Of a stretch of 52,908 bases of DNA, positions 1 to 8,881 are shown piece by piece; the stretch's first letter is position 1; each line of letters opens with the position of its first letter. The DNA lies in the IMG/VR virus record IMGVR_UViG_3300013426_000006. One strand, 5' to 3'. Position numbers and translations under genes: made by a program. The DNA comes from a virus. The notes beneath the pieces were generated by a model. That model saw nothing but the letters and a program-made list of their open reading frames with translations. It did no database searches and was not told where the DNA came from.

Positions 1-77
1 ACGGAGCTTCCTCGGCAACAGGTAACTGTGGAGCTTCCTCGGCAACAGGTGACTACGGAGCTTCCTCGGCAACAGGT
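1..77. repeat. 77-nt terminal direct repeat, identical to 52832-52908 (circular-assembly overlap)
   Basis: Base-by-base comparison of both window ends. The overlap lies inside the 27-nt tandem array. Confidence 0.95.
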
Positions 78-692
78 AACTACGGAGCTTCCTCGGCAAC
101 AGGTTACAAAGGAGCTTCCTCGGCAACAGGTTACAAAGGAGCTTCCTCGGCAACAGGTAACTGTGGAGCTTCCTCGGCAACAGGTGACTACGGAGCTTCC
201 TCGGCAACAGGTTACAAAGGAGCTTCCTCGGCAACAGGTAACTACGGAGCTTCCTCGGCAACAGGTAACTGTGGAGCTTCCTCGGCAACAGGTGACTACG
301 GAGCTTCCTCGGCAACAGGTTACAAAGGAGCTTCCTCGGCAACAGGTAACTACGGAGCTTCCTCGGCAACAGGTAACTGTGGAGCTTCCTCGGCAACAGG
401 TGACTACGGAGCTTCCTCGGCAACAGGTAACTACGGAGCTTCCTCGGCAACAGGTTACAAAGGAGCTTCCTCGGCAACAGGTTACAAAGGAGCTTCCTCG
501 GCAACAGGTAACTGTGGAGCTTCCTCGGCAACAGGTTACAAAGGAGCTTCCTCGGCAACAGGTGACTACGGAGCTTCCTCGGCAACAGGTTACAAAGGAG
601 CTTCCTCGGCAACAGGTGACTACGGAGCTTCCTCGGCAACAGGTAACTGTGGAGCTTCCTCGGCAACAGGTTACAAAGGAGCTTCCTCGGCA
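3..692 (+). repeat. 27-nt tandem repeat array, 25 full units plus a degenerate last unit
   Basis: Each unit is ggagcttcctcggcaacaggt (invariant 21 nt) plus a 6-nt word (gactac, aactac, aactgt or tacaaa). Units start at 3+27n. Confidence 0.97.
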
Positions 693-920
693 GAAGATAA
701 AGACAGTATTGCTGTAGCGTGGGGCTATCACGGAAAAGCAAAAGGTGTCTTGGGTTCTTATCTTGTGTTAGCTGACTGGGAAGGCGACGAAAGCAATTAC
801 TGGAAGCAGGACAAATGGTCGCTTAAAGGTGCCAAGATGGTCCGTGTTGACGGAGGGAAGATTAAAGAAAACACATTTTATACTATGGTGAATGGTGAAA
901 TTGTGGAGGTGAGCGAGTAA
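3..920 (+). CDS. C-terminal part of a repeat protein that wraps the junction (52456..52908 joined to 78..920; about 431 aa). Contains GASSATG-xx nonapeptide repeats and a globular C-terminus.
   Basis: The frame continuing from 52456 reads GASSATG(NC/DY/NY/YK) x25, then GASSAEDKDSIAVAWGYHGKAKG...VNGEIVEVSE, with TAA at 918-920. The listed ORF 28..717 is the same DNA in the wrong frame. Confidence 0.8.
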   Translation, partial: GASSATGNCGASSATGDYGASSATGNYGASSATGYKGASSATGYKGASSATGNCGASSATGDYGASSATGYKGASSATGNYGASSATGNCGASSATGDYGASSATGYKGASSATGNYGASSATGNCGASSATGDYGASSATGNYGASSATGYKGASSATGYKGASSATGNCGASSATGYKGASSATGDYGASSATGYKGASSATGDYGASSATGNCGASSATGYKGASSAEDKDSIAVAWGYHGKAKGVLGSYLVLADWEGDESNYWKQDKWSLKGAKMVRVDGGKIKENTFYTMVNGEIVEVSE

Positions 921-1111
921 TGAAGCAACCCAAGAAACTCACAAGAACACAGAAGGAAATCGTCCATTCGCAAGGCTATAACGTAGATGATTGGATGTTA
1001 AGAAAAGCGACAGAATTTAAGTTGTATTTAATTCACAAAATATCAGGCAAGAGAGTTACTATTGATAATTTTGTACATAGAAGGAGGGAGGACAATAGTA
1101 ATGCCAAATAA
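920..1111 (+). CDS. small hypothetical phage protein (63 aa)
   Basis: ATG overlaps the upstream stop (TAATG). Basic small ORF. Confidence 0.55.
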   Translation: MKQPKKLTRTQKEIVHSQGYNVDDWMLRKATEFKLYLIHKISGKRVTIDNFVHRRREDNSNAK

Positions 1112-1520
1112 AGGACTAATAATAGGGATAGCATTAATAATATCAGGCTTTTCACAAGGGATAAATAATCGTTTTCAGATGGTATCAGATGAAGAATATG
1201 ATTTGCTTAAACGTGTGTGTATGAGTGAATGTGGTGGCGAATACGGAGAACCTTTAGAGGGGAAGGTTGCTGTGGTAAGAACTATATTTAACAGATGCAG
1301 AATCTATAAGAAGAGCATAGCAGAAATAGTATACGAGCCAAATCAATATAGCACAGCAAACAACGGTACTCCTGATGATTCTGTTGCATTGGCTGTTGAG
1401 CTTGCAATAATTCATGATTGCTACCCAAAAAACATGATTTATTTCAATGCTGGTGGATATGCAGATTATTATGAGCCATACACTCAAATAGGGGCTCATT
1501 ATTTTGGACTTACAAACTAA
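1101..1520 (+). CDS. membrane-anchored cell-wall hydrolase, SleB/CwlJ (Hydrolase_2)-like
   Basis: GGAGGGAGG lies 10 nt upstream of ATG 1101. N-terminal TM segment LIIGIALIISGF. Motifs ECGGE..EGKVAVVRTIFNR...IVYEPNQYS are typical of the family. Confidence 0.7.
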   Translation: MPNKGLIIGIALIISGFSQGINNRFQMVSDEEYDLLKRVCMSECGGEYGEPLEGKVAVVRTIFNRCRIYKKSIAEIVYEPNQYSTANNGTPDDSVALAVELAIIHDCYPKNMIYFNAGGYADYYEPYTQIGAHYFGLTN

Positions 1521-1545
1521 ATTAAAGGAAAGGAAGATATATAGC

Positions 1546-3477
1546 ATGATAAAAAAGATAAAGTTGTTAAAGATTGTGATGGAAAACTTTATGTGTTATG
1601 CACACACAGAATTTGATTTTTACAGCATAACTAAGATTATGGCTAAGAATGGTAAGGGCAAATCAACCATTGCTACAGCTTACCTCTGGTGCTTATTTAA
1701 CTGTGATTATGAATTAAAGGACAATCCAGTTGTTAGACGTGAGGTTGATGGAAAATCCGTTGATGATATGGACACAAGTGTTGAACTGCTGCTTGATGTT
1801 GGCGGAAAAGAAATATCTATGAAGAAAGTACAGGTTCGTACATATAACAAGGATAAGACAGGTTATAAGGACGATAATTTATATTACATTAATGATGTAA
1901 AAAAGAACCTTAAGGACTTTAATGCATACCTTGATGTTAAAATGAATGCTTTTAAGATGTGCAGTAATGTAAATGCATTTCTTAATCAGAAGCCAGCAGA
2001 AATGAGAGAATATCTATTTGGTCTTGTGGGTAATGTTACAGACCTTGACATAGCTTCACAGAAAGCTGAATTAGCGGAGTTAGTTCCTTTATTAGAGAAG
2101 TATACATTTGAGGAATTATCTGCTATGAATAAGGCTACAAAGACCAAGATTACAAAGGATTTACCTATCTTTGACGGACAGATTAAGGAAAAGGAAAGAG
2201 ATATACAGCTTAAACAGGCTATTGATGTATCTGACCTTGAATTACAGAAGAACAGTCTTAAAGAACAGATTGAGGACTGCATAGCAAAACAGACAGATAA
2301 TGACAAGCTGATGGCTGAATATGACAAGGCTAGTTCAGATATTCTCAATTTGAAGTTTGAACTTAGTGATATGTCACGAAAAGCTAATGAGGGCAATGTT
2401 AAGGCTAGGAGAGATATTGAGAACAAGATATCTGATAAGAGATTTTTTGTTAAGCAAACCGAACAGACTATTGCTGATACAGATAAGAGTATTGAATATC
2501 AACAGAATACCATTGAAAACATAAATAAGAATTTACAGGGCATAAGGGATAAATGGAAAGCGGAGAATGAACGCAAATTTGATGAAACAAGTCTTATTTG
2601 CCCTTATTGCAAGCAGGAATACCCAGAAGACAAGAAAGAGCAGTTAAGAGCCGATTTTGACAGCCACAAAGCAGAAGAATTAAAGACTATCACAAACAAT
2701 GGCAATCTTATCAAGGGTAAACTTGATGAAAACAAGAAGATTCTTGAGGATTTACAGAAAGAGTTGCCACAGCATAAAGAAAGCCTTGAAATGCTAAATA
2801 CAGCTATTGCAGACCTTGAAAAGCAGTTATCAGATTTGCCACAGGAAATTGATGTTACAAGTTCAGAGGAATACAGGACACTTGAAAAGCAGATTGCTGA
2901 TAAGGAAGAAGTTATGCACAAGGCTAACGATATTTCAGCGATTAAGGCAGAATTAAAGGCACAGGAAACAGATTTAAGGCAGCAGTTAGCCGATTGCGAA
3001 AGTCAGATTGCAAAATCTGATACGGCAGCAGACGAAGAAAGGCTTGAAGAGTTGAGAAAATCAAAGATTGACAGCGAGCAGAATAAGGCTAATGCTGAAA
3101 AAATTCTTGATTTACTTGATGAACTGGATAAGGCAAAGAATGAAGCCTTAACAGAAGCGGTAAATAGTCATTTCAACTTAGTTAAGTGGCAACTGTTTAC
3201 TTATACAAAGTCTGGCGGTTACAAGAGTTGCTGCATACCTACTGTGGACGGAAAGAGCATTTTAACAACTATGTCCAATAAGGGCAATAGAATTTTAGGC
3301 AGAGTTGATATTTGCCATTCTATTCAGAAGATTAGCGGCATATTAGTGCCTATAATCTTGGACGATAGCGAGAGCTTAGATGAAGAAAATCAGAAAAAAA
3401 TTGCTGAAATGGTGGATAGTCAGTTGATTATGCTGATTGTTAATGGTAGCAAAAAGTTAGAGATTGTGGAGGGATAA
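1546..3477 (+). CDS. Rad50/SbcC-like AAA ATPase with long coiled coil
   Basis: Walker A AKNGKGKST, central CPYC (zinc-hook-like), C-terminal Walker B-like IILDDSESLD. ATG 1546 lies after AAAGGAAAGGAAG. Confidence 0.75.
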   Translation: MIKKIKLLKIVMENFMCYAHTEFDFYSITKIMAKNGKGKSTIATAYLWCLFNCDYELKDNPVVRREVDGKSVDDMDTSVELLLDVGGKEISMKKVQVRTYNKDKTGYKDDNLYYINDVKKNLKDFNAYLDVKMNAFKMCSNVNAFLNQKPAEMREYLFGLVGNVTDLDIASQKAELAELVPLLEKYTFEELSAMNKATKTKITKDLPIFDGQIKEKERDIQLKQAIDVSDLELQKNSLKEQIEDCIAKQTDNDKLMAEYDKASSDILNLKFELSDMSRKANEGNVKARRDIENKISDKRFFVKQTEQTIADTDKSIEYQQNTIENINKNLQGIRDKWKAENERKFDETSLICPYCKQEYPEDKKEQLRADFDSHKAEELKTITNNGNLIKGKLDENKKILEDLQKELPQHKESLEMLNTAIADLEKQLSDLPQEIDVTSSEEYRTLEKQIADKEEVMHKANDISAIKAELKAQETDLRQQLADCESQIAKSDTAADEERLEELRKSKIDSEQNKANAEKILDLLDELDKAKNEALTEAVNSHFNLVKWQLFTYTKSGGYKSCCIPTVDGKSILTTMSNKGNRILGRVDICHSIQKISGILVPIILDDSESLDEENQKKIAEMVDSQLIMLIVNGSKKLEIVEG

Positions 3478-3479
3478 TT

Positions 3480-4316
3480 ATGGCAGAGAATACACAGGTT
3501 GCAATAACAAAACCTAAGAAAGAGTTGATGTTTTCAGAAAGCCTTCGAAATGAGCTTACAAGCGTGCAGGATGCATTACCAAAGGATTTTAACAAGGAAA
3601 GATTTGTGCAGAACGCACTTGCACTTCTGAACGATAACCCAAACATCGCCAAGTACGGACAGGCACAGATTATCGGTGGATTGATGAAGGGTGCATATTT
3701 GGGATTGGATTTCTACTCGAAAGAGTGCTATTTGGTTCCGTATAATAACCAGCTTAATTATCAGACAGATTATCGTGGAGCTAAAAAGCTGGCAAAGAAA
3801 TACGCAATTCGTCCGGTAAAAGATATTTACGCAAAGTTGGTACACGAAGGAGACCTTTTTGAAGAGAGTATCGAGGTCGGTAATCAGACATTCGTTTTTA
3901 AACCAAAGGCATTTAATGACGGAAAAATTATAGGTGCGTTTGCTGTTTGCTTATATACTGATGGTGGTATGCAGTATGAAACAATGAGCCTTGCAGATTT
4001 AGAGAATACACGTAAGGCAAGCAAGGCGAGCAATAGCCCAGCTTGGAAGAACTTCACAGGAGAAATGTACAAAAAGACAGTTCTTCACAGACTTTGCAAA
4101 CACATTGAATTAGATTTTGAGAACCCAACGCAACAGAATATGTTTTTATCCGGGATGGAGATTGAAACCGACTTACAGAAGTTAGCTGAAAACGATATTG
4201 AGCAGAATGCAAACAGTGTTGATTTTGACGAAAACGACATTATCGAGGGTACAGCCACAGAAGTAACTAAAGAACAGGCAGAAGATAATACGCTTCCACC
4301 ATTCATGGAGGAGTAA
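3480..4316 (+). CDS. recT: RecT-family single-strand annealing recombinase
   Basis: ECYLVPYNNQLNYQTDYRGAKKLA and surrounding sequence are typical RecT. Synteny with the ATPase, SSB and MBL nuclease genes. Confidence 0.85.
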   Translation: MAENTQVAITKPKKELMFSESLRNELTSVQDALPKDFNKERFVQNALALLNDNPNIAKYGQAQIIGGLMKGAYLGLDFYSKECYLVPYNNQLNYQTDYRGAKKLAKKYAIRPVKDIYAKLVHEGDLFEESIEVGNQTFVFKPKAFNDGKIIGAFAVCLYTDGGMQYETMSLADLENTRKASKASNSPAWKNFTGEMYKKTVLHRLCKHIELDFENPTQQNMFLSGMEIETDLQKLAENDIEQNANSVDFDENDIIEGTATEVTKEQAEDNTLPPFMEE

Positions 4317-4319
4317 ACT

Positions 4320-4709
4320 ATGAAATCAGCAAGTTTAGAACAGGTGATAACGGATATGAATAACGGTGTGTATGACTTAACTTGCAATGGAGAATGTACT
4401 CAATGCGGTAATTGTTGCAGTAACTTACTTCCTATGACAGAAGATGAGATTGCAACAATTCGCAAGTACATTAAGAACCATCATATCAAGGAACGCAGGC
4501 ATAATTATCCGACAGCTACACCATCAATAGATATGACTTGCCCGTTCTTTAATGATGATAAGCCAAAAGAAAAATGTGAGATTTATTCAGTCAGACCCAG
4601 AATATGCAGAGATTTTATATGTTGTCCGAGCAAAAGAAAGCCTATTAAAGATTTGGAATATAAGTTGAAATGCAGAATAGTTGATGTTAGAAAGGAGTTT
4701 TTCGGATGA
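4320..4709 (+). CDS. YkgJ/UPF0153-type cysteine-cluster (CxxCxxCC) protein
   Basis: CTQCGNCC plus CPFF...CEIYSVRPRICRDFIC. Confidence 0.65.
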   Translation: MKSASLEQVITDMNNGVYDLTCNGECTQCGNCCSNLLPMTEDEIATIRKYIKNHHIKERRHNYPTATPSIDMTCPFFNDDKPKEKCEIYSVRPRICRDFICCPSKRKPIKDLEYKLKCRIVDVRKEFFG

Positions 4710-5038
4710 GAGTAATTTCACAGGATGGAACAATGGATTTTCCATATGACAACAGTTTGGCTTTTGTGAGCGAAAGCAATATAAAAAACAATGCTTATGT
4801 AAAAATGCAGCTGTGCGGCAATCCAGATATTGAAATTGTTGCTGAATATTCTTCCAAAGAAAAAGCATTAAAAGCCATGGAAATGCTTAGAAAAGCATAT
4901 AACAATAATGAGTTTTACCATTGCACAGCCACGACAAATACATTTCAAGAAACCATGGGGCTTTTAAGCAATGAAAAATTCAAAGAAACAACGAGTGAGT
5001 ATTTTCACTTTCCGCAGAATGATGAAATCGAGGTGTGA
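4706..5038 (+). CDS. hypothetical protein
   Basis: ORF overlapping both neighbours by 4 nt (operon-style). Confidence 0.55.
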   Translation: MRVISQDGTMDFPYDNSLAFVSESNIKNNAYVKMQLCGNPDIEIVAEYSSKEKALKAMEMLRKAYNNNEFYHCTATTNTFQETMGLLSNEKFKETTSEYFHFPQNDEIEV

Positions 5039-5040
5039 GT

Positions 5041-5772
5041 ATGAGATTGAAATGTTTAGGTTCATCATCGGCAGGAAATTGTTATTTATTAACTTCCGAC
5101 AGTGGAGAAACACTTATCCTTGATTGTGGAATACCTATTAAGGAAATCAAAAGAGGATTGAATTGGAACATTAAAGATGTTGTGGGCGTGTTATGCACCC
5201 ATAAGCACCTTGACCACAGCAAGTCGGTAAAAGATTTTAGACAAATGGGAAAAGCGATATATGGCTTATATTCAAAAGCTGTTTCCATGAGAACTATGAA
5301 GATAGGCGGATTTAATGTAAAGCCTTTTGATTTAACAACGATAGACGGAAACTGGACACACACAGACGCAAACGGCGAACCTTGCCCGATATTCGGCTTT
5401 CTGATTACTCACAATGAAATGGGAAGAATGCTTTACGTAACCGACACAGAGCTGATTAAGTGGCGATTTAAGGATATTAACCACATTCTCTTGGGTGTGA
5501 ACTATGACAAGGACTTAATCGACAGCGAAGATTCTGCAAAGGTAAATCACGTATTCAGAGGGCATATGAGCATTGACACAGCTTGCGATTTTGTTAAGGC
5601 AAATTATTCAGACAGCTTGCAGAATGTCATAATGTGCCATTTATCGAGCGAAAATGCTGACAAGGATTTATTTATTGAGAAGATGAAAAAGGTTGCTTGT
5701 GGGGCAAATGTAGATGTTGCAGAAGCAGGAAAGTCTTGGTCGCTTATCAATCCGAATGAATGTCCTTTTTAG
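5041..5772 (+). CDS. MBL-fold metallo-hydrolase (putative nuclease partner of RecT)
   Basis: HKHLDHS (HxHxDH) motif. GAGGTG lies 6 nt upstream of ATG 5041. Confidence 0.8.
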   Translation: MRLKCLGSSSAGNCYLLTSDSGETLILDCGIPIKEIKRGLNWNIKDVVGVLCTHKHLDHSKSVKDFRQMGKAIYGLYSKAVSMRTMKIGGFNVKPFDLTTIDGNWTHTDANGEPCPIFGFLITHNEMGRMLYVTDTELIKWRFKDINHILLGVNYDKDLIDSEDSAKVNHVFRGHMSIDTACDFVKANYSDSLQNVIMCHLSSENADKDLFIEKMKKVACGANVDVAEAGKSWSLINPNECPF

Positions 5773-5781
5773 GAGGTAAAA

Positions 5782-6102
5782 ATGAGATTATTTAAAGTAC
5801 ATAAAGATATTGATATAGACAAACGAATAGGGAATATGAGAATTACAACAATCAAGTATTCAAAGCCTATTGAAAATTCTGATAAGCGGGAACACTACAC
5901 AGAAGTTAGTTGTTGGTATGACAATGATTGTGAGAATTGCCCTTGTGGTTGGGAGAGCAGAAGCTATGAGGGAGAATGCGATGATTGCGGGTGCTTATTT
6001 GATAAAAATGGAGATTTTAATGTTCCAGTTTGGAAATGTATGTTGCCTAAGTGGATAAAGAGATTATTTGCTAAACATAAAGAAAAAGAGTGTCCGTTTT
6101 AG
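5782..6102 (+). CDS. hypothetical Cys-rich protein
   Basis: AGGAGG upstream. CENCPCGW..CDDCGC. Confidence 0.55.
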   Translation: MRLFKVHKDIDIDKRIGNMRITTIKYSKPIENSDKREHYTEVSCWYDNDCENCPCGWESRSYEGECDDCGCLFDKNGDFNVPVWKCMLPKWIKRLFAKHKEKECPF

Positions 6103-6114
6103 AAAGGAGATTAT

Positions 6115-6345
6115 ATGAGATTTAGATTGATAACAACGTCGATTATTGATGCAGAACCTATTTTAATAGAATATCCGCAGTTAAAGGATAAGGTTGAAAT
6201 TGTGGATGGAAATGCTTACGTCTGCATTGATAAGGCAGAAGAACTTATGGAGTTTGTGAAGATTTCAAGTGAAATCGTTGTAGGGGAAAGTTTCATCGGA
6301 ACGAAAGAGCCGTTTATTGAAATGTATGATGGTTACAGAGAATAA
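6115..6345 (+). CDS. hypothetical protein
   Basis: AAGGAG upstream; operon context. Confidence 0.55.
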   Translation: MRFRLITTSIIDAEPILIEYPQLKDKVEIVDGNAYVCIDKAEELMEFVKISSEIVVGESFIGTKEPFIEMYDGYRE

Positions 6346-6359
6346 AAAGGAGTGACAGG

Positions 6360-6728
6360 ATGAAAGATATTGAGGAGATTAAGAAAACACTTTCCTACGT
6401 GAAGAAAATCGGCATCAACGCGTACAGCGCAGAAATCACGCTTGGGAAGTATAAGGGCAGCGTTGTTTTTTCTAACAATGAAAGAGGTTATGAACACGTA
6501 AGTTTCTGTCCGTACAACGGTAGATTGCCGGATTGGAATGCGATGTGCAAGCTGAAAGATATGTTTTTTGATGATGAAGAGGAAGCATACCAGATTATGC
6601 CGAAGAAGAGCGAATATGTAAACATAGTTGATAATTGCTTGCACTTATGGAGACCACACAACGGATTGGAACTTGGGCTTTTGGCAGCCATTAAGCAAGG
6701 GAAAGTAATAATTGATAATTGGAGGTAA
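6360..6728 (+). CDS. hypothetical protein
   Basis: AAGGAG upstream; operon context. Confidence 0.55.
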   Translation: MKDIEEIKKTLSYVKKIGINAYSAEITLGKYKGSVVFSNNERGYEHVSFCPYNGRLPDWNAMCKLKDMFFDDEEEAYQIMPKKSEYVNIVDNCLHLWRPHNGLELGLLAAIKQGKVIIDNWR

Positions 6729-6733
6729 TATCT

Positions 6734-7159
6734 ATGAACATGGTAATTTTATCCGGCAGACTTGTTAGAGACCCGGAAATTCGGTATGGAAGCGGTGCAG
6801 AACCGATGTGCATTGCTAAGTTTTCATTGGCGGTTGACAAGAATTATAAGAAGAACGCCGACGACAAGGCGAATTTCATCAACTGTACCGCATTCGGTAA
6901 GACAGGCGAAGTTGTCGAGAAGCATTGCACAAAGGGAACTAAGTTGATTGTTACAGGCGAATGGACGACAGGAAGCTACAAGAACAAGGATGGCAATACG
7001 GTATATACCAACGACTGCAATATCTCGAAGTTGGAGTTTGCGGAGAGCAAGGGCTCGTCGCGTGGTGGTTCACAGGATGCACCAGAACCGATGCCTTCTG
7101 ATGCGGGATTTATGGATATTCCGACAAGCGGAATCGGTAACGACTTGCCATTTAAGTAG
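6734..7159 (+). CDS. ssb: single-stranded DNA-binding protein
   Basis: MNMVILSGRLVRDPEIRYG OB-fold N-terminus. Gly/Ser-rich linker and acidic tail ending DLPFK. GGAGG lies 8 nt upstream. Confidence 0.9.
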   Translation: MNMVILSGRLVRDPEIRYGSGAEPMCIAKFSLAVDKNYKKNADDKANFINCTAFGKTGEVVEKHCTKGTKLIVTGEWTTGSYKNKDGNTVYTNDCNISKLEFAESKGSSRGGSQDAPEPMPSDAGFMDIPTSGIGNDLPFK

Positions 7160-7254
7160 GAGTTGATTGCATGATAACAATGATTTTTGAATTAAGAAAG
7201 GAATAACGAATCCTCGGTAAACCGAGGTTGTATCAAGATTAGAATGGTGAATTG

Positions 7255-8013
7255 ATGCGTGGTGTTATGACAAAAAGAAAACTAAAAGTATGTTGGGTAA
7301 GTGCTGGAATATCAAGTTTTATGGCTGGATATTTTGCAAAAGATGTAGACGAATGGATTTACATTGATATATCAGACCAGCATCCGGATAGTTTGAGATT
7401 TATTAAGGATTGTGAGAGAGCAATCGGGAAAGAGATACAGATATTGCAATCAAAGGAATATCGAAGTGTTGAAGAGTGTGTAAGGGCGTTCGGTGGTTTT
7501 AGGAATCCCGGAAATGGATTTGCACCTTGCACAAATTGGCTGAAAAAGAGAGTTCGTAAGGAGTGGGAAGAACAACACAGGGATTGTGAATTGACTTACG
7601 TTTGGGGATTTGACTTGAAAGAGAAGAATCGAGCCGAGAGGACAATCGAAGCTAACCCACAGGCAAAACATGAATTTCCACTTATTGACAAAGGACTTTC
7701 TAAAGAAGAGGTACATGGATTGTTTGAACGAACTTTTGATTTTGCCCGACCAAAAATGTATGAAATGGGTTATCCGAATAATAATTGCCTTGGCTGTGTG
7801 AAAGCGGGCATGGGTTATTGGAATAGGATTCGTAAGGATTTCCCGGAAGTATTTGATAACAGAGCAAAATTGGAGCGATTGGTCGGACATTCGATACTCA
7901 AGGACAGTAAAGGAAATCCGATATACCTTGACGAGTTAGACCCAAACAGAGGGAACATGAATACCGAAATATTCCCGGATTGCGGAATAATGTGTTATTT
8001 GAACATGAATTAG
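7255..8013 (+). CDS. PAPS-reductase/adenine-nucleotide alpha-hydrolase-like protein
   Basis: N-terminal WVSAGISS (PP-loop-like), APCTNWLKKR and LGCVKAG cysteine motifs. Start is ambiguous (7252 TTG, 7255 or 7267 ATG). Confidence 0.45.
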   Translation: MRGVMTKRKLKVCWVSAGISSFMAGYFAKDVDEWIYIDISDQHPDSLRFIKDCERAIGKEIQILQSKEYRSVEECVRAFGGFRNPGNGFAPCTNWLKKRVRKEWEEQHRDCELTYVWGFDLKEKNRAERTIEANPQAKHEFPLIDKGLSKEEVHGLFERTFDFARPKMYEMGYPNNNCLGCVKAGMGYWNRIRKDFPEVFDNRAKLERLVGHSILKDSKGNPIYLDELDPNRGNMNTEIFPDCGIMCYLNMN

Positions 8014-8054
8014 ATGTGAGTGGTGGGCGGTAGGGATAAAGGAGAGTGAAAAAT

Positions 8055-8213
8055 GTGGTAAATAATGATGAACATAATCAGTACAATCAAGGTGTGGACG
8101 ACATTGTGCAAGCAATCAAAGACCTTGTAAGTGAAAATCCAACAGATTGCTTTGCACAGATTGTATCTGATTTAGACCAGATAGCAAGCGACTTAAAGGA
8201 GTGTGAGACATAA
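8055..8213 (+). CDS. small hypothetical protein (52 aa; below the ORF-track cutoff)
   Basis: GGAGAG lies 8 nt upstream of GTG 8055. Acidic ORF ending TAA 8211-8213. Confidence 0.35.
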   Translation: MVNNDEHNQYNQGVDDIVQAIKDLVSENPTDCFAQIVSDLDQIASDLKECET

Positions 8214-8284
8214 GTGGCTACAAATTACAGAAGGTTAAAAGCTATCGAAAAAAGAACGTCTTTTAAGGAATCGAGGTGTAAATA

Positions 8285-8815
8285 ATGATATTACTTGAAG
8301 ATACAAGAAATCAAGTCGGAAAACACGACTTGAAAAACGAGTATTTCCAAAATAACGGAATAGAGGTTCGGAGAACGAAACTTTATTGCGGAGATTACAC
8401 ATTGCCGACAGACCAAAGTATATGTATAGACACGAAAAAGGACATACAGGAACTTATAGGGGACATATGCGGTAAATCTCACGAAAGGTTCAGGAATGAG
8501 CTTTTAAGGGCAAAAGAAAGCAACATCAAACTAATCATACTTACAGAAGATGATGGCGGATATTGCGACAGGAAGAAAACAATATACAACAAACCTGTAA
8601 AATGCGTAAATGATTTGTTCGGATGGAAAAACCCAAGATTGTTTATATGGCAAGGTGGAAAACAAAAATATCCAAAAGCGACAAAAGGGCAGACGTTAGC
8701 AAAGTGTCTTATTACACTTCAAGAGAAATATGGTTGCGAATTTAAGTTTACAACAAAGAAAAATAGCGGTTCTGAAATTATAAAGCTGCTTAATACTGAA
8801 AAATATGACGGTTGA
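8285..8815 (+). CDS. ERCC4/XPF-Mus81-like nuclease (possible junction resolvase)
   Basis: GDY...ICIDTKKDIQELIGDI resembles the GDY...ERK...D ERCC4 core. Confidence 0.5.
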   Translation: MILLEDTRNQVGKHDLKNEYFQNNGIEVRRTKLYCGDYTLPTDQSICIDTKKDIQELIGDICGKSHERFRNELLRAKESNIKLIILTEDDGGYCDRKKTIYNKPVKCVNDLFGWKNPRLFIWQGGKQKYPKATKGQTLAKCLITLQEKYGCEFKFTTKKNSGSEIIKLLNTEKYDG

Positions 8816-8881
8816 TGAAGAAATGCATAGGCTTGCAGAAACAGTATGAGAAGTTTATGCACTTGATAAATGAGGAAAATT

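Noticed and set aside
3-692. Possible CRISPR array (regular short repeats)
   Set aside because: The 'spacers' are only 6 nt and are drawn from four recurring words. The period is 27 nt, the array lies inside an ORF, and there are no cas genes.
28-717. 229-aa ORF translating as (ELPRQQVTx)n
   Set aside because: It is the 27-nt repeat array read in the wrong frame. The frame continuing from the N-domain at 52456 (GASSATG-xx) runs into a non-repetitive C-terminus ending at 920, whereas this frame has no RBS and no N- or C-domain.
1504-1545. Longer N-terminal extensions given in the ORF track (1504, 1062, 6719, 8870, 12720, 12967, 14615, 15353, 20886, 28347, 30221, 46978, 51387 etc.)
   Set aside because: In each case an internal ATG with a well-spaced AGGAGG-type RBS removes the overlap with the upstream gene. 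The extensions lack an RBS.
7205-7235. hix/gix-like crossover site (GGTAAACC GA GGTTGTATC) as a target of the serine recombinase, with 10371-10395 as a possible partner
   Set aside because: The central dinucleotides differ (GA versus TA) and the half-sites are poorly symmetric. The sequence is equally well explained as a simple hairpin (CCTCGG-TAAA-CCGAGG). No inverted partner could be found.
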